From contig CAXMRU010000280.1 in the NCBI GenBank assembly GCA_964195715.1, positions 40 through 64,039 of the forward strand: a stretch of 64,000 nucleotides of DNA. Reading direction: 5' to 3'. Positions within the stretch are counted from its first letter, which is position 1. Every line of letters starts with the position of its first letter. Source of the DNA: Akkermansiaceae bacterium. Lineage in GTDB: Bacteria; Gemmatimonadota; Gemmatimonadetes; Palauibacterales; Palauibacteraceae. Below are positions 22,380-33,491 of the stretch, piece after piece. A program made the translations under genes and the position numbers. The notes under the pieces are model-generated. The model was not told the origin of the DNA, ran no database searches, and worked only from the letters and a program-made list of their open reading frames with translations.

Positions 22380-23069
22380 ATGCCAATATACGCACCTTAC
22401 GTAATCGAGCGGTCGAGCCGCGGCGAGCGGAGCTACGACATCTTCTCCAGACTGTTGATGGATCGCATCGTTTTTCTCGGCACGCCCATCAACGACGACG
22501 TCGCGAGCGTGGTCATCGCCCAACTTCTGTTCCTGCAGGCGGACAACCCGGAACGTGACATCAACATCTATATCAACTGCCCGGGTGGCAGCGTCTACGA
22601 CGGCCTGGCGATCTATGACACCATGCAGTATCTCAGCGCGCCCGTGTCCACTATCTGCATGGGGATGGCTGCGTCGATGGGGGCTTTCCTCCTGGCCGCC
22701 GGAACCCCCGGGAAGCGTTCTGCGCTGCCCAACTCGCGGATCATGATCCATCAGCCGTCGGGCGGCTCCCAGGGCACGGCCTCCGACATCGAGATTCAGG
22801 CGAAGGAGGTGCTGTTCGCACGCGAGCGGCTCAACGAGCTTCTCGCCAAGCACACCGGCCAGTCGATCGAGCAGATCGCAGAGGACGTGGACCGTGACAG
22901 GTACATGTCGCCCGCCGATGCAGTAGATTACGGTCTCATCGATCGGATCATCGAACCCGCGCCACTCAGTACAAAGAGCGGATCCGGGCCGGAAAAGGTG
23001 GAAGGAACGGGAGGAGAGGTGCAGGCGTTGCCAACGGAGGCCCATGAGGACGGGCCCCACGTGGACTGA
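22380..23069 (+). CDS. clpP: ATP-dependent Clp protease proteolytic subunit
   Basis: 229 aa. [14 protein letters not shown], catalytic Ser in [14 protein letters not shown], His in MIHQPSGG. It has an unusually long C-terminal tail of about 35 aa after GLIDRII. Confidence 0.97.
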   Translation: MPIYAPYVIERSSRGERSYDIFSRLLMDRIVFLGTPINDDVASVVIAQLLFLQADNPERDINIYINCPGGSVYDGLAIYDTMQYLSAPVSTICMGMAASMGAFLLAAGTPGKRSALPNSRIMIHQPSGGSQGTASDIEIQAKEVLFARERLNELLAKHTGQSIEQIAEDVDRDRYMSPADAVDYGLIDRIIEPAPLSTKSGSGPEKVEGTGGEVQALPTEAHEDGPHVD

Positions 23070-23096
23070 CCGAGAACGTCGTCAGGAGATTCGCGC

Positions 23097-24335
23097 ATGG
23101 CCGGTGACAAGCACTTACGCTGCTCGTTTTGCGGGAAGTCGAAGGACAGCGTCAAGAAGTTCATCTCGGGACCCAACGTCTACATCTGCAATGAGTGCAT
23201 CTCGCTGTGCAACGAGATCCTCGCCGAGGAAGAAGACCGCGAAGCGACGGGTCAGATCGCTGAGGTCCTGACTCCAAGCGAAATCAAGGACGTACTGGAC
23301 GAGTACGTGATCGGCCAGGAGTTGGCGAAGAAGACGCTGGCCGTGGCCGTGTACAATCACTACAAGCGAATCAACAACCAGAACGTCGTCGACGACGTCG
23401 AGATCGACAAATCAAACATCCTTCTCCTCGGGCCAACCGGTGTCGGGAAGACGCTTCTGGCCCAGACGCTCGCCCGTCTGCTCCAGGTGCCGTTCACTAT
23501 CGCCGATGCAACCACGCTGACCGAAGCCGGGTACGTGGGCGAGGACGTCGAGAACATCCTCGTCCGTCTGCTCCAGGCCGGCGATTACAACGTCGCCGAA
23601 TGCGAACGCGGAATCGTCTACGTGGACGAGATCGACAAGATCGCCCGCAAGAGCGAGAACCCGTCGATCACGAGAGACGTCAGCGGCGAAGGGGTCCAGC
23701 AGGCGTTGCTCAAGATCCTGGAGGGGACGGTCGCTTCCGTACCGCCTCAGGGCGGGAGGAAGCACCCGCAGCAAGAGTACATTCAGATCGATACGCGGAA
23801 CATCCTGTTCATTTGTGGCGGGGCGTTCGACGGTCTGGAGGAGATCATCCAGGACCGCCTCGGCAAGCGTCAGATCGGATTCGACGATGCCGAGGGGCGT
23901 GCGTTGTCCGATGATGACGAGCCCCTGCAACACGTCGAGCCAGAGGATCTTCTGCGCTACGGGCTGATTCCCGAGCTCGTGGGCCGACTGCCCGTCACAG
24001 TCACGCTGCACGACCTGGACGAGGACGCGTTCGTGGAGATTCTCACGCGGCCGAAGAACGCCCTGGTCAAGCAGTACACGAAGATGTTCGAGCTGGAGGG
24101 CGTCGGCTTGACCTTCGACCCGAAGTCGCTTCGCGCCACGGCGCAGAAGACGATGGAGCGCGGGACGGGCGCCCGTGGCTTACGGGCCGTCCTGGAGCGC
24201 GTGATGACCGATATCATGTTCGATCTTCCATCGCGCGAGGACGTGCGTGAGGTCGTGATCACGGAGGAGACGATCACCGACGACAAGGAACCCCTCCTCA
24301 TTCTGGAGCCGGAGCCCAAGCGCCGCGAGGCGTGA
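23097..24335 (+). CDS. clpX: ATP-dependent Clp protease ATPase subunit ClpX
   Basis: 412 aa. N-terminal zinc-binding CSFCGKS...YICNECI, Walker [16 protein letters not shown], Walker B VYVDEIDK. Confidence 0.98.
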   Translation: MAGDKHLRCSFCGKSKDSVKKFISGPNVYICNECISLCNEILAEEEDREATGQIAEVLTPSEIKDVLDEYVIGQELAKKTLAVAVYNHYKRINNQNVVDDVEIDKSNILLLGPTGVGKTLLAQTLARLLQVPFTIADATTLTEAGYVGEDVENILVRLLQAGDYNVAECERGIVYVDEIDKIARKSENPSITRDVSGEGVQQALLKILEGTVASVPPQGGRKHPQQEYIQIDTRNILFICGGAFDGLEEIIQDRLGKRQIGFDDAEGRALSDDDEPLQHVEPEDLLRYGLIPELVGRLPVTVTLHDLDEDAFVEILTRPKNALVKQYTKMFELEGVGLTFDPKSLRATAQKTMERGTGARGLRAVLERVMTDIMFDLPSREDVREVVITEETITDDKEPLLILEPEPKRREA

Positions 24336-24979
24336 CGGGAGCCCCTTTGGCTAGCGCCCCGGCCGGAGAGGACACACCGCGCATCAAGCAGGTGGAGTTC
24401 GCCGGGGCTATCGGCCTCCCCGAGCAGTCGGCTCCGGGGGTTCTTCCACAGGTCGCAGTGGCGGGAAGGTCGAACTGCGGTAAGTCGCGCCTCATCAACG
24501 CCATCCTCGGACGGAAGAAGCTCGCCCGTGTGTCGCAGACGCCCGGCAAGACACGTGAGATCAATTTCTACGAAGTCAACAGCGAGTTCTTCCTCGTAGA
24601 TCTTCCCGGATACGGTTACGCGCGCGCTCCCGAGGAACTCCGCGATCGCTGGCCGACTTTGATCGACGTTTTCCTGGCCGACAATCCGCTCCTGCGGGGG
24701 GTGGTCGTCCTTATGGACTCCAGACGCGGCGTGCTTCCCGCCGACCGTCGTCTGCTGACGTTCCTGGCGGAGCAGGGCACCCCGGTCCTTTACGTTTTGA
24801 CGAAGATCGACAAGTTGAATCGCTCCGGGCAGAAGGCGGTCCTGCAGGCCGTGCGCCGTGAGCTGGAAGCGCCGGCCGACCAGGTCCTGGCGACCTCGGC
24901 CCGGACGAAGGAGGGCCTCGACTCTCTGGTGGAGAGCGTCTTTGCCCTCGTGAACTCGGATCCAGTGGAGGCATCGTGA
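24332..24979 (+). CDS. engB: Ribosome-biogenesis GTPase EngB/YihA
   Basis: G1 [14 protein letters not shown], then [19 protein letters not shown] and TKIDK. The GTG start overlaps the clpX stop (GTGA). Confidence 0.9.
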   Translation: MTGAPLASAPAGEDTPRIKQVEFAGAIGLPEQSAPGVLPQVAVAGRSNCGKSRLINAILGRKKLARVSQTPGKTREINFYEVNSEFFLVDLPGYGYARAPEELRDRWPTLIDVFLADNPLLRGVVVLMDSRRGVLPADRRLLTFLAEQGTPVLYVLTKIDKLNRSGQKAVLQAVRRELEAPADQVLATSARTKEGLDSLVESVFALVNSDPVEAS

Positions 24980-25728
24980 CAAACGCATCTCCCGTTGGCG
25001 AAGGCTTCCTCGCACCGCGCAGTGTCGATCACCTGATGCGATTTCTCCGGCGCACCTCTGTCTGCTTAGCGGTTCTCTCGGGAGCCGCCTGCAGCGGTGC
25101 ACCCGCCCCGGAATCGCCGATAGGAGCGAGCCCCGCAGTCGCACAGGACATCGGAGACGGGTGGCATGAGTCCCTGGAGATTCCCGGTGCGCGCCCCCTG
25201 CCTCCCACTGGGTATGGCACCCTGACGCAGGACAACATCACGATTCCCATCGAAGTGCCGGAGGGCAACCTGTTCATCAAGGTCACGCCGCTGACGGAAT
25301 GGGTCATCCGGCTGACGGCCCCGGACACGTACTTGAGGCTCAACGGCTACAAGGTCGCGAGGGGCAAGGACATCCGGGACAGAGCGCGCCGACATGGAGA
25401 GCGTGGCTGGCCTCTGGTGCTGTTCGTATCCTACTACACGCGGGCCGTGGAGAGCACGTACGAGCCTTACGACCTCCAGATCCGGGCTCAGAACATCGTG
25501 TTCCGCCCGTTCGACATCATCCCCGTGACTCCTGACTTCAATCGCGAGCGGCTCCGACAGCAGGAAAGCCAGATCGCGCTGTACCTCTTCGAGTCCGACA
25601 TCGATCTCGACCTGCCCATGGTGGTGGAGTACAACCGCAGGCAGAGCACCCGGTGGTCGGGCATTCGGATCCTCCTGGACCGCGAACTCGTGAAGGTGAA
25701 CACACGCGTCGTGCCGGAGACACCTTGA
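24976..25728 (+). CDS. Hypothetical secreted protein or lipoprotein
   Basis: 250-aa ORF coupled to engB by a GTGA overlap. An internal ATG at 25036 gives MRFLRRTSVCLAVLSGAACSG, a signal-peptide/lipobox-like sequence. I recognise no family. Confidence 0.55.
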   Translation: MTNASPVGEGFLAPRSVDHLMRFLRRTSVCLAVLSGAACSGAPAPESPIGASPAVAQDIGDGWHESLEIPGARPLPPTGYGTLTQDNITIPIEVPEGNLFIKVTPLTEWVIRLTAPDTYLRLNGYKVARGKDIRDRARRHGERGWPLVLFVSYYTRAVESTYEPYDLQIRAQNIVFRPFDIIPVTPDFNRERLRQQESQIALYLFESDIDLDLPMVVEYNRRQSTRWSGIRILLDRELVKVNTRVVPETP

Positions 25729-25827
25729 AACCCCTCGGTGGACAGTCTCAGCCCGGAGTGATCGCGGGTCGTTCCCGGAAGGCTGTTTGAGAAGTACAGG
25801 GAACCATTGTAATTGCTCGACATCCTT

Positions 25828-27432
<1,605 letters not shown>

Positions 27433-27446
27433 GGCTGCCTCCCCCT

Positions 27447-27947
27447 TCAGTCGTGACTGGTGAAGCGGCCGCGGATCAGATCCACGGCGTGGTCTACGAA
27501 CACTTCGAGCACCTCGAGCCCGTCCGACACTCCACCCGGGCTGCCCGGCAGGTTCACGATCAGGGTCTCTCCACGGACACCCGCAACCCCGCGGCCGAGA
27601 GCGGCACGCGGAGTCTTTCGAAGGCCGTCGATCCGGATCGCCTCGGCGATCCCGGGCGCGTCCCGCTCGAGAACGGCACGGGTAGCCTCGGGCGTCACGT
27701 CCCTCGGTGTGAGTCCGGTGCCTCCGGTGGTGAGCACGAGATCGCACCCTCCATCGTCGCACAGGCGGGCCACCGCGTTGGCGATTGATCCAGACTCGTC
27801 CGGAACGGTCTGGCGGGTGGCGAGCCGGTAGCCGCGCCCCTCGATCCAGCTCTCGATCAAAGCCCCGGAGGCATCGTCGCGAGCCCCGGCTGTGACTCCG
27901 TCCGAAACCGTGAGGACCGCAACCCGCATCGATTCGTGCCCGCTCAC
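27447..27947 (-). CDS. mogA: Molybdopterin adenylyltransferase MogA/MoaB family
   Basis: 166 aa. VLTVSDG..., [21 protein letters not shown] and NLPGSPGG. The start makes a GTGA overlap with the gcvT stop. An alternative ATG lies at 27929. Confidence 0.88.
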   Translation of the reverse strand: MSGHESMRVAVLTVSDGVTAGARDDASGALIESWIEGRGYRLATRQTVPDESGSIANAVARLCDDGGCDLVLTTGGTGLTPRDVTPEATRAVLERDAPGIAEAIRIDGLRKTPRAALGRGVAGVRGETLIVNLPGSPGGVSDGLEVLEVFVDHAVDLIRGRFTSHD

Positions 27948-29050
27948 CGCTTCAGCGACCCGCCGGTATAGAACGGGAGTCGCACGACCTCGCCGGCGAT
28001 GTCACGGTCGCGAATGCGAATCCGCAACTCGTCGCCGGCCTGGGCGTCCGGCGGCAGGTAGGCCGTTCCAATTCCGTACCCGAGTGATGGACCGAGCGTC
28101 CCGCTGCGAACCGGACCCACGGATTTTCCTCGGTAGATCACCTCGTAGCCGGGGCGCGGAAAGCCTCGCTCAGTGAGCTTGAATCCCGTGAGCCGACGGG
28201 TCAGACCCGCATCCTTCTGTGCCGTAAGGGCGTCGCGACCCACAAACGGGTCCTTGTCCAGCTTCACGAGCCAGGACAGGCCTGCCTCGAGCGGCGACGT
28301 ACCCTCATCGATGTCGTTTCCGTACAGCGCGTATCCCATCTCGAGGCGGAGCGAATCACGCGACCCGAGGCCGACGGGAATGAGACCGCGGTCGGCGCCG
28401 GCCTCCAGGAGACGATCCCATACCGCCCGTGTGCTGTCCGATGGAACGTAGAGTTCGAACCCGGCTTCCCCAGTGTAGCCCGTGCGGCTGATGACACCGG
28501 CGACGCCGTCGACATGGCCCTCTTCGAACCAGTAGAAGCCGATCGAGGCGAGATCCACGTCCACGAGCGGCTGGAGGATCTCCTCCGCAGCCGGTCCCTG
28601 CAGGGCCACGAGTCCGATGTCGTCACTCTCGTCGGTGAGCGTCATGTCGAAGTCGCCTGCCAGCCGGGTGACGTGAGCCCAGTCCTTGGCGATATTCGCG
28701 CCGTTGACGACGAGCCGGAAGCGCTGCTCTCCGAGCCTGTAGACCAGCAGATCATCCACGATGCCGCCGTCCGGAAGGCAGAACACGCTGTATTGCACTT
28801 GCCCCACGGCGAGCTGTGCCGGGTCGTTGCTGGTGACGTGCGACACGAACGCGAGTGCGCCCGGCCCCTCCACCAGGAACTCTCCCATGTGGGAAACGTC
28901 GAACAGGCCGGCCGCCGTGCGCACCGCCTGGTGCTCACGGGTAATTCCGGTCGGATATTGGACGGGCATCTCGAATCCCGCGAACGGTACGATCTTCGCG
29001 CCGAGGGCTACGTGTGCATAGTACAGAGGCGTCCGTTTCAGGTCACTCAT
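27944..29050 (-). CDS. gcvT: Glycine cleavage system aminomethyltransferase (T protein)
   Basis: 368 aa. [40 protein letters not shown] and [16 protein letters not shown]. Confidence 0.95.
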   Translation of the reverse strand: MSDLKRTPLYYAHVALGAKIVPFAGFEMPVQYPTGITREHQAVRTAAGLFDVSHMGEFLVEGPGALAFVSHVTSNDPAQLAVGQVQYSVFCLPDGGIVDDLLVYRLGEQRFRLVVNGANIAKDWAHVTRLAGDFDMTLTDESDDIGLVALQGPAAEEILQPLVDVDLASIGFYWFEEGHVDGVAGVISRTGYTGEAGFELYVPSDSTRAVWDRLLEAGADRGLIPVGLGSRDSLRLEMGYALYGNDIDEGTSPLEAGLSWLVKLDKDPFVGRDALTAQKDAGLTRRLTGFKLTERGFPRPGYEVIYRGKSVGPVRSGTLGPSLGYGIGTAYLPPDAQAGDELRIRIRDRDIAGEVVRLPFYTGGSLKR

Positions 29051-29125
29051 GATAACCGCGGGTATCCTTTCTATTCCGGGGCCCTGACGGTCATGCCCGC
29101 CCCGGCAGTGCCAGTCCGGGTTGGC

Positions 29126-29143
29126 GGTTGCTGAAGAACCCTG
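29126..29143 (+). repeat. Copy of the GGTYGCTGAAsAACCCTG intergenic motif
   Basis: GGTTGCTGAAGAACCCTG ends immediately before the hslU stop codon complement (TTA at 29144..29146). Confidence 0.7.
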
Positions 29144-30616
29144 TTACAGAATGTAACGCCGAAGGTCGTCGTCATCGACGATCCGCGCCAGCCGCTCACG
29201 GACCGTCGCCGCGTCGATCACGAAGATCTCGGAGACTCCCTCGTCCGGCAGACTGAACATCACTTCCTCGAGGAGCGTCGTGAGGACGGTGTGAAGGCGG
29301 CGCGCCCCGATGTTCTCAAGACTCTGGTTTACACTCGCGGCGATCCGGGCGATCTCGCGGATGGCGTCATCGGTGAACTCCAGCTCGGCTCCCTCCGTGG
29401 CCACCAGAGCCTGGTACTGCGTGAGAAGGGCGTTCTTCGGCTCCAGGAGAATCCGAACGAACTCGGCCTCTCCGAGGCTGTGAAGCTCAACCCGGATCGG
29501 AAACCGGCCCTGGAGCTCGGGAATCAGGTCGGACGGCCTCGAGACGTGAAACGCGCCTGCCGCAATGAAGAGGATATGCTCGGTACCGACCATCCCGTAC
29601 CGGGTCTGCACCGTTGACCCTTCGACGATCGGCAGCAGATCTCGCTGTACGCCCTCGCGGGAAATGTCTGGGCCCTGATCCCGCCGGGACCCGGCGACCT
29701 TGTCCAACTCGTCGAGGAAGATGATCCCCATGGTCTCGGCGCGAGCGACCGCATCGTCCACTACCTCGTCCATGTCGATCAGCTTCTCCGTCTCCTCCGA
29801 CAGCAGGATCCGCCTTGCCTCCGCGACCGTCACCCGGCGGGTGCGGGTTTTCTTCGGTAGCATGTCCTGCAGCATCTCGCCGAGATTGAAGTCCATCCCC
29901 TCCATGCCGATGGCACCCATGTCCATGGTCGGAATCGTGCTCTCGGTGACCTCCACCTCTACTTCCCTGTCATCGAGCTTTTCGCTACGCAGAAGTTCGC
30001 GGAGCTTCTCCCGCGTACGTCGGCGCCGCGAATCGAACGGCGATCCCCGCTCTTCTCCATCGAGATGCGCCTCCCCCGTCGCCTCCACGACGAACGTGCG
30101 GACCTCAGCAGCTACCTCCGGATCGGTCCCGCTCGCAGACGCGCCGGCCCTGCTGTCTTCAGCGAGGGGTGGAAGCAGGAGGTCGAGCAGCCGCTCTTCG
30201 ACACGGTCGGCCGCGACTTCCCGACATTCATCCTCCCTCTCCCCTCGGACCATGTTGACCGAGATATCCACCAGGTCGCGCACCATGGACTCTACATCGC
30301 GCCCCACGTACCCGACCTCGGTGAACTTAGAGGCCTCCACTTTGATGAAGGGCGCGCCCGCCAGCCGGGACAGCCGCCGGGCGATCTCGGTCTTCCCGAC
30401 ACCGGTCGGCCCGATCATGATGATGTTGTTTGGGAGAATCTCGTCCCGGAGGGCGGGGTCGACGTGCTGCCTCCTCCACCGGTTTCGCAGCGCGATGGCC
30501 ACGGCTTTCTTCGCCTCGTCCTGCCCCACGATGTACTTGTCCAGCTCTTCCACGACTTTGCGCGGGGTGAGCGAAGCGAAGTCCAGTGAATCTCCCTGTG
30601 TCGCCTGCACGCTCAT
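29144..30616 (-). CDS. hslU: HslU ATPase subunit of the HslVU protease
   Basis: The start at ATG 30616 (MSVQATQG...) makes an ATGA overlap with the hslV stop. [33 protein letters not shown], and Walker [15 protein letters not shown]. The ORF-track extension to 31123 is antisense-like junk overlapping hslV. Confidence 0.95.
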   Translation of the reverse strand: MSVQATQGDSLDFASLTPRKVVEELDKYIVGQDEAKKAVAIALRNRWRRQHVDPALRDEILPNNIIMIGPTGVGKTEIARRLSRLAGAPFIKVEASKFTEVGYVGRDVESMVRDLVDISVNMVRGEREDECREVAADRVEERLLDLLLPPLAEDSRAGASASGTDPEVAAEVRTFVVEATGEAHLDGEERGSPFDSRRRRTREKLRELLRSEKLDDREVEVEVTESTIPTMDMGAIGMEGMDFNLGEMLQDMLPKKTRTRRVTVAEARRILLSEETEKLIDMDEVVDDAVARAETMGIIFLDELDKVAGSRRDQGPDISREGVQRDLLPIVEGSTVQTRYGMVGTEHILFIAAGAFHVSRPSDLIPELQGRFPIRVELHSLGEAEFVRILLEPKNALLTQYQALVATEGAELEFTDDAIREIARIAASVNQSLENIGARRLHTVLTTLLEEVMFSLPDEGVSEIFVIDAATVRERLARIVDDDDLRRYIL

Positions 30617-31152
30617 CCTCCGAGCTCCAGCACGGTGATGTTCGAGTTCGTGTAGACGCAGATTTCGGCCGCGATACTCAGCGCTTCCCGCACCACGGTG
30701 GCCACTGGCAGATCGGAGTGTGCCGTCAGGGCGCGCGCGGCGGCGAGCGCATACGCACCTCCCGATCCGATCGCGAGAATCCCGTCGTCCGGCTCTATCA
30801 CCTCTCCGGTTCCGGACACCAGCAGGCTGTACTCGCTGTCGGCCACGATAATGAGGGCCTCGAGGCGGCGAAGATAACGGTCGCTGCGCCAGTCCTTCGC
30901 CAACTCGACCGCGGCCCGCATGAGGTTGGCGGGGTGCCGCTCCAGCTGCGCCTCGAACTTCTCGAACAGGGTGAGGGCGTCCGCGACCCCGCCGGCGAAC
31001 CCGGCAAGGATCGAACCGCCCTTCATGCGGCGCACTTTGGTCGCGCCGGCCTTCACGACCGTTTCCTGCATGGTCACCTGGCCGTCGCCACCGATCGCCA
31101 CGCTGCCGCCGTGGCGAACGCACAGAATGGTCGTCGCTCGAACCGAGCTCAC
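30613..31152 (-). CDS. hslV: HslV peptidase subunit
   Basis: GTG 31152 is preceded by AAGGAG. The N-terminus [27 protein letters not shown] contains the catalytic Thr, and [14 protein letters not shown] is also present. Confidence 0.93.
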   Translation of the reverse strand: MSSVRATTILCVRHGGSVAIGGDGQVTMQETVVKAGATKVRRMKGGSILAGFAGGVADALTLFEKFEAQLERHPANLMRAAVELAKDWRSDRYLRRLEALIIVADSEYSLLVSGTGEVIEPDDGILAIGSGGAYALAAARALTAHSDLPVATVVREALSIAAEICVYTNSNITVLELGG

Positions 31153-31196
31153 GGAAATCTCCTTATCGCTAGCCGGCGGCAAGACCGCCGGTCGGA

Positions 31197-32129
31197 TCAG
31201 TCGGCTCTCGGGTGAGCCTGACGATAGGCCTTCACGAGGCGCTCTCTCGACGTGTGCGTGTAGATACGCGTGTTCGAGAGACTCGAGTGACCCAGCAACT
31301 CCTTCACGGCCATCAGGTCGGCGCCTGCGTCCAGCATGTGTGTGGCGAACGTGTGTCTCAAGGCGTGCACGCTGAGCCCCTCGCCGTCCGCGGCCCAGGC
31401 CAGCCACGCGCCCACGCTGCGCTGAATCTGTCGCCGGGAAATGCGCGTGCCCCGGCGAGACACGAACAGTGGTCGTCCCTCCCCAGGAGCCAGCTCGCGG
31501 CTCGACACCTCGTGCCGCCTCGCAAGGTAATCCGAGACTGCCTCGCAAGCCCTTGCTCCTACCGGAACGATGCGCTCCTTGCCCCCCTTTCCGAGAACCT
31601 TCACCAGTCCGCGATCCAGGTCGAGGTCCGCATCGTCGAGGCCCTGGATCTCGGCCAGACGCAAACCGCAGGAGTAGATGACCTCAATCATCGCCCGATC
31701 GCGAACGGCGAGCGGCCGGTCTCCCGTCGCGTAGCTCTCGAGCAACTCGAACAGCACCTCGGCCTGGCCCCGCGTCAGGTACCCCGGAAGCTCCTGACGT
31801 TGCCGGGGCGTGCGGATGAGCCGCGCCGGGTTGTGCGACACGACGTCGGTGCGGTGCAGGAATCGATAGAAGGCGCGCACCGCAGATAGCTTTCGGGCCA
31901 CCGTAGAGCGCTTCAAGCCGCGGCCTTCCAGCTCTCCCAGCCAGGAACGCATGTCGAGTCGATCGACATCGCTCCAATCCCAGTCGGCTGACTCCATGTG
32001 GCCGACGAGGAAAGCGCCGAAGTCCGCCAGGTCGCGCCGGTACGCCGCCTCGGTGTGAGCGGAGAGCCTCCGCTCCTTTCGCACGTAGGCGAGAAACCCG
32101 ACAACGGTCAGGTCCCGGTCGGAGGTCAT
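31197..32129 (-). CDS. xerC: Tyrosine site-specific recombinase XerC/XerD family
   Basis: 310 aa with an N-terminal SAM-like core-binding domain. The catalytic residues sit in context: ...GLRLAEI..., [26 protein letters not shown]. It is 4-nt coupled to trmFO. Confidence 0.88.
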   Translation of the reverse strand: MTSDRDLTVVGFLAYVRKERRLSAHTEAAYRRDLADFGAFLVGHMESADWDWSDVDRLDMRSWLGELEGRGLKRSTVARKLSAVRAFYRFLHRTDVVSHNPARLIRTPRQRQELPGYLTRGQAEVLFELLESYATGDRPLAVRDRAMIEVIYSCGLRLAEIQGLDDADLDLDRGLVKVLGKGGKERIVPVGARACEAVSDYLARRHEVSSRELAPGEGRPLFVSRRGTRISRRQIQRSVGAWLAWAADGEGLSVHALRHTFATHMLDAGADLMAVKELLGHSSLSNTRIYTHTSRERLVKAYRQAHPRAD

Positions 32130-33472
32130 GGCGCCACCGGGACTCCTTCCTGGCTCCCGAGTCCCACCTCGGCCGCCCAGGCCTTAATATCCGCCATGGC
32201 CCGCTCCGCATAGGCTGCCCGCCGTCGCTTGCGTCCGCCACGTACCCGGGTCTCGAGGGCGTCTACGAGTCCGAAGTTGGCATTCATCGGCTGGAAGTGG
32301 TTCGGATCCGCCTCCCTGAGGTGCCGGTACAGTCCGCCCAGCATGGTCGTCGTGGGGGGCACGACGGGGTCCTGGCCACGCTGGATTCTGTCGACGTTGC
32401 GTGCCCCCAGGAGGCCACTCGCGATCGACTCCGTATAACCCTCGACCCCCGTAATCTGTCCCGCGAACAGGAGACCGGACTCACCGGGCACGCCTCCGTG
32501 CGACTCGAGGGCCCGGGGGAAACGGAGATAGGCGTTGCGGTGGATCGACCCGTGCCGCAGAAACTCCGCCTCCTCGAGGCCGGGAATCATGCGAAACACC
32601 CGTTCCTGCTCGCCTCGGCGCAGCCGTGTCTGGAAGCCCACGAGGTTCCACATTCGACCCTGCCGGTCCTCGGCCCGCAGCTGCACCACCGCGTGGGCGC
32701 GCCGGCACTTCGTCGGGTCTTCCAGCCCAACGGGCCGCATGGGTCCGAATCTCAGCGTGTCACGCCCCCGCCGGGCCATCACTTCGATGGGCAGGCAACC
32801 CTCGAAATACGGCACGTTCTCCCAGTCATGGCCCTCGTGCACGTCCGCCGAGAGCAGTGCATCGATGAACGCCTCGTATGTCGCCTCGTCCAGAGGACAG
32901 TTGAGATACGCGGCTTCCCCCTTTCCGTAGCGAGACGCGAGCCAGGCGACGTTCTCGTCGATCGACTCGCGTGAGAAGATCGGGGCGATCGCGTCGAAAA
33001 AGGACAGGCCGTCCACTCCCAGGCGGGCCCGGATCGACTCGGAAAGGGCGTCGGACGTCAACGGCCCCGTGGCGACGATCGCCGGGGCCCGGGGCAGGTC
33101 GGTGAGCTCCTCACGCACGATGCGGATTCGAGGTTCGGCCTCCAGGTGCTCTGTGACCGCGGTGGCGAACAGGTGACGATCGACCGCCAGCGCGCTACCG
33201 GCCGGCACACGGTACTCGTCAGCCACCTCCAGCAGGAAGCACCCGAGGGTCCGCATCTCGGCCTTCAAAAGGCCGTGTGGCGTGTCGAGGTGTTCCGACT
33301 TGAAGGAGTTGGTGCACACGATCTCGGCGAGACGGTCCGTCTGGTGCGCCGGCGTTGGTTTCGCAGGGCGCATTTCGTACAGATCGACGTCGTAGCCGAG
33401 GCGAGCGAGCTGCCACGCCGCTTCGGATCCGGCGAGGCCGCCCCCGACTACGGTGACCCGTCGTTTGTCCAT
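32126..33472 (-). CDS. trmFO: Folate-dependent tRNA (uracil-5-)-methyltransferase TrmFO
   Basis: 448 aa. FAD-binding VTVVGGGLAGSEAAWQLA, CTNSFKS, and GQITGVEGYTESIASGLLAG-like (GQITGVEGYTESIASGLLGA). Confidence 0.92.
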   Translation of the reverse strand: MDKRRVTVVGGGLAGSEAAWQLARLGYDVDLYEMRPAKPTPAHQTDRLAEIVCTNSFKSEHLDTPHGLLKAEMRTLGCFLLEVADEYRVPAGSALAVDRHLFATAVTEHLEAEPRIRIVREELTDLPRAPAIVATGPLTSDALSESIRARLGVDGLSFFDAIAPIFSRESIDENVAWLASRYGKGEAAYLNCPLDEATYEAFIDALLSADVHEGHDWENVPYFEGCLPIEVMARRGRDTLRFGPMRPVGLEDPTKCRRAHAVVQLRAEDRQGRMWNLVGFQTRLRRGEQERVFRMIPGLEEAEFLRHGSIHRNAYLRFPRALESHGGVPGESGLLFAGQITGVEGYTESIASGLLGARNVDRIQRGQDPVVPPTTTMLGGLYRHLREADPNHFQPMNANFGLVDALETRVRGGRKRRRAAYAERAMADIKAWAAEVGLGSQEGVPVAP

Positions 33473-33491
33473 CCCTTGCCAGCCGCCTTTT

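Noticed and set aside
20773-22395. 540-aa minus-strand ORF spanning tRNA-Leu and trigger factor.
   Set aside because: It overlaps a tRNA gene and is antisense to tig, which carries the GFRxGxxP signature. It has no recognisable domains.
27950-27961. 12-nt partial match (CTTCAGCGACCC) to the intergenic repeat motif.
   Set aside because: It lies inside the 3' coding end of gcvT, and only the half-motif is present. I treated it as chance similarity.
29051-29143. Possible glycine riboswitch in the 93-nt leader of gcvT.
   Set aside because: I could not find the conserved GGAGAG...CACCG...GGGGCA-type aptamer core. The region is largely occupied by the intergenic repeat motif and a GC hairpin (CCGGGGC/GCCCCGG) that more likely serves hslU termination.
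30617-31123. N-terminal extensions proposed by the ORF track. They affect hslU (to 31123), hslV (to 31548), the sigma54 activator (to 27762), the PNP gene (to 14717), htrA (from 18877), atpB (to 7755) and Rrf2 (to 59027).
   Set aside because: The extensions are Arg/Pro/Gly-rich and overlap the upstream gene. Each is replaced by an internal start that has an SD-like sequence or a 4-nt stop/start overlap and that restores the canonical family N-terminus.
31197-32129. Tyrosine recombinase considered as a phage or island integrase or mobile-element marker.
   Set aside because: It is translationally coupled within the conserved trmFO-xerC-hslVU context. It has no flanking repeats, no adjacent tRNA and no cargo genes. 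It fits chromosomal XerC/CodV.
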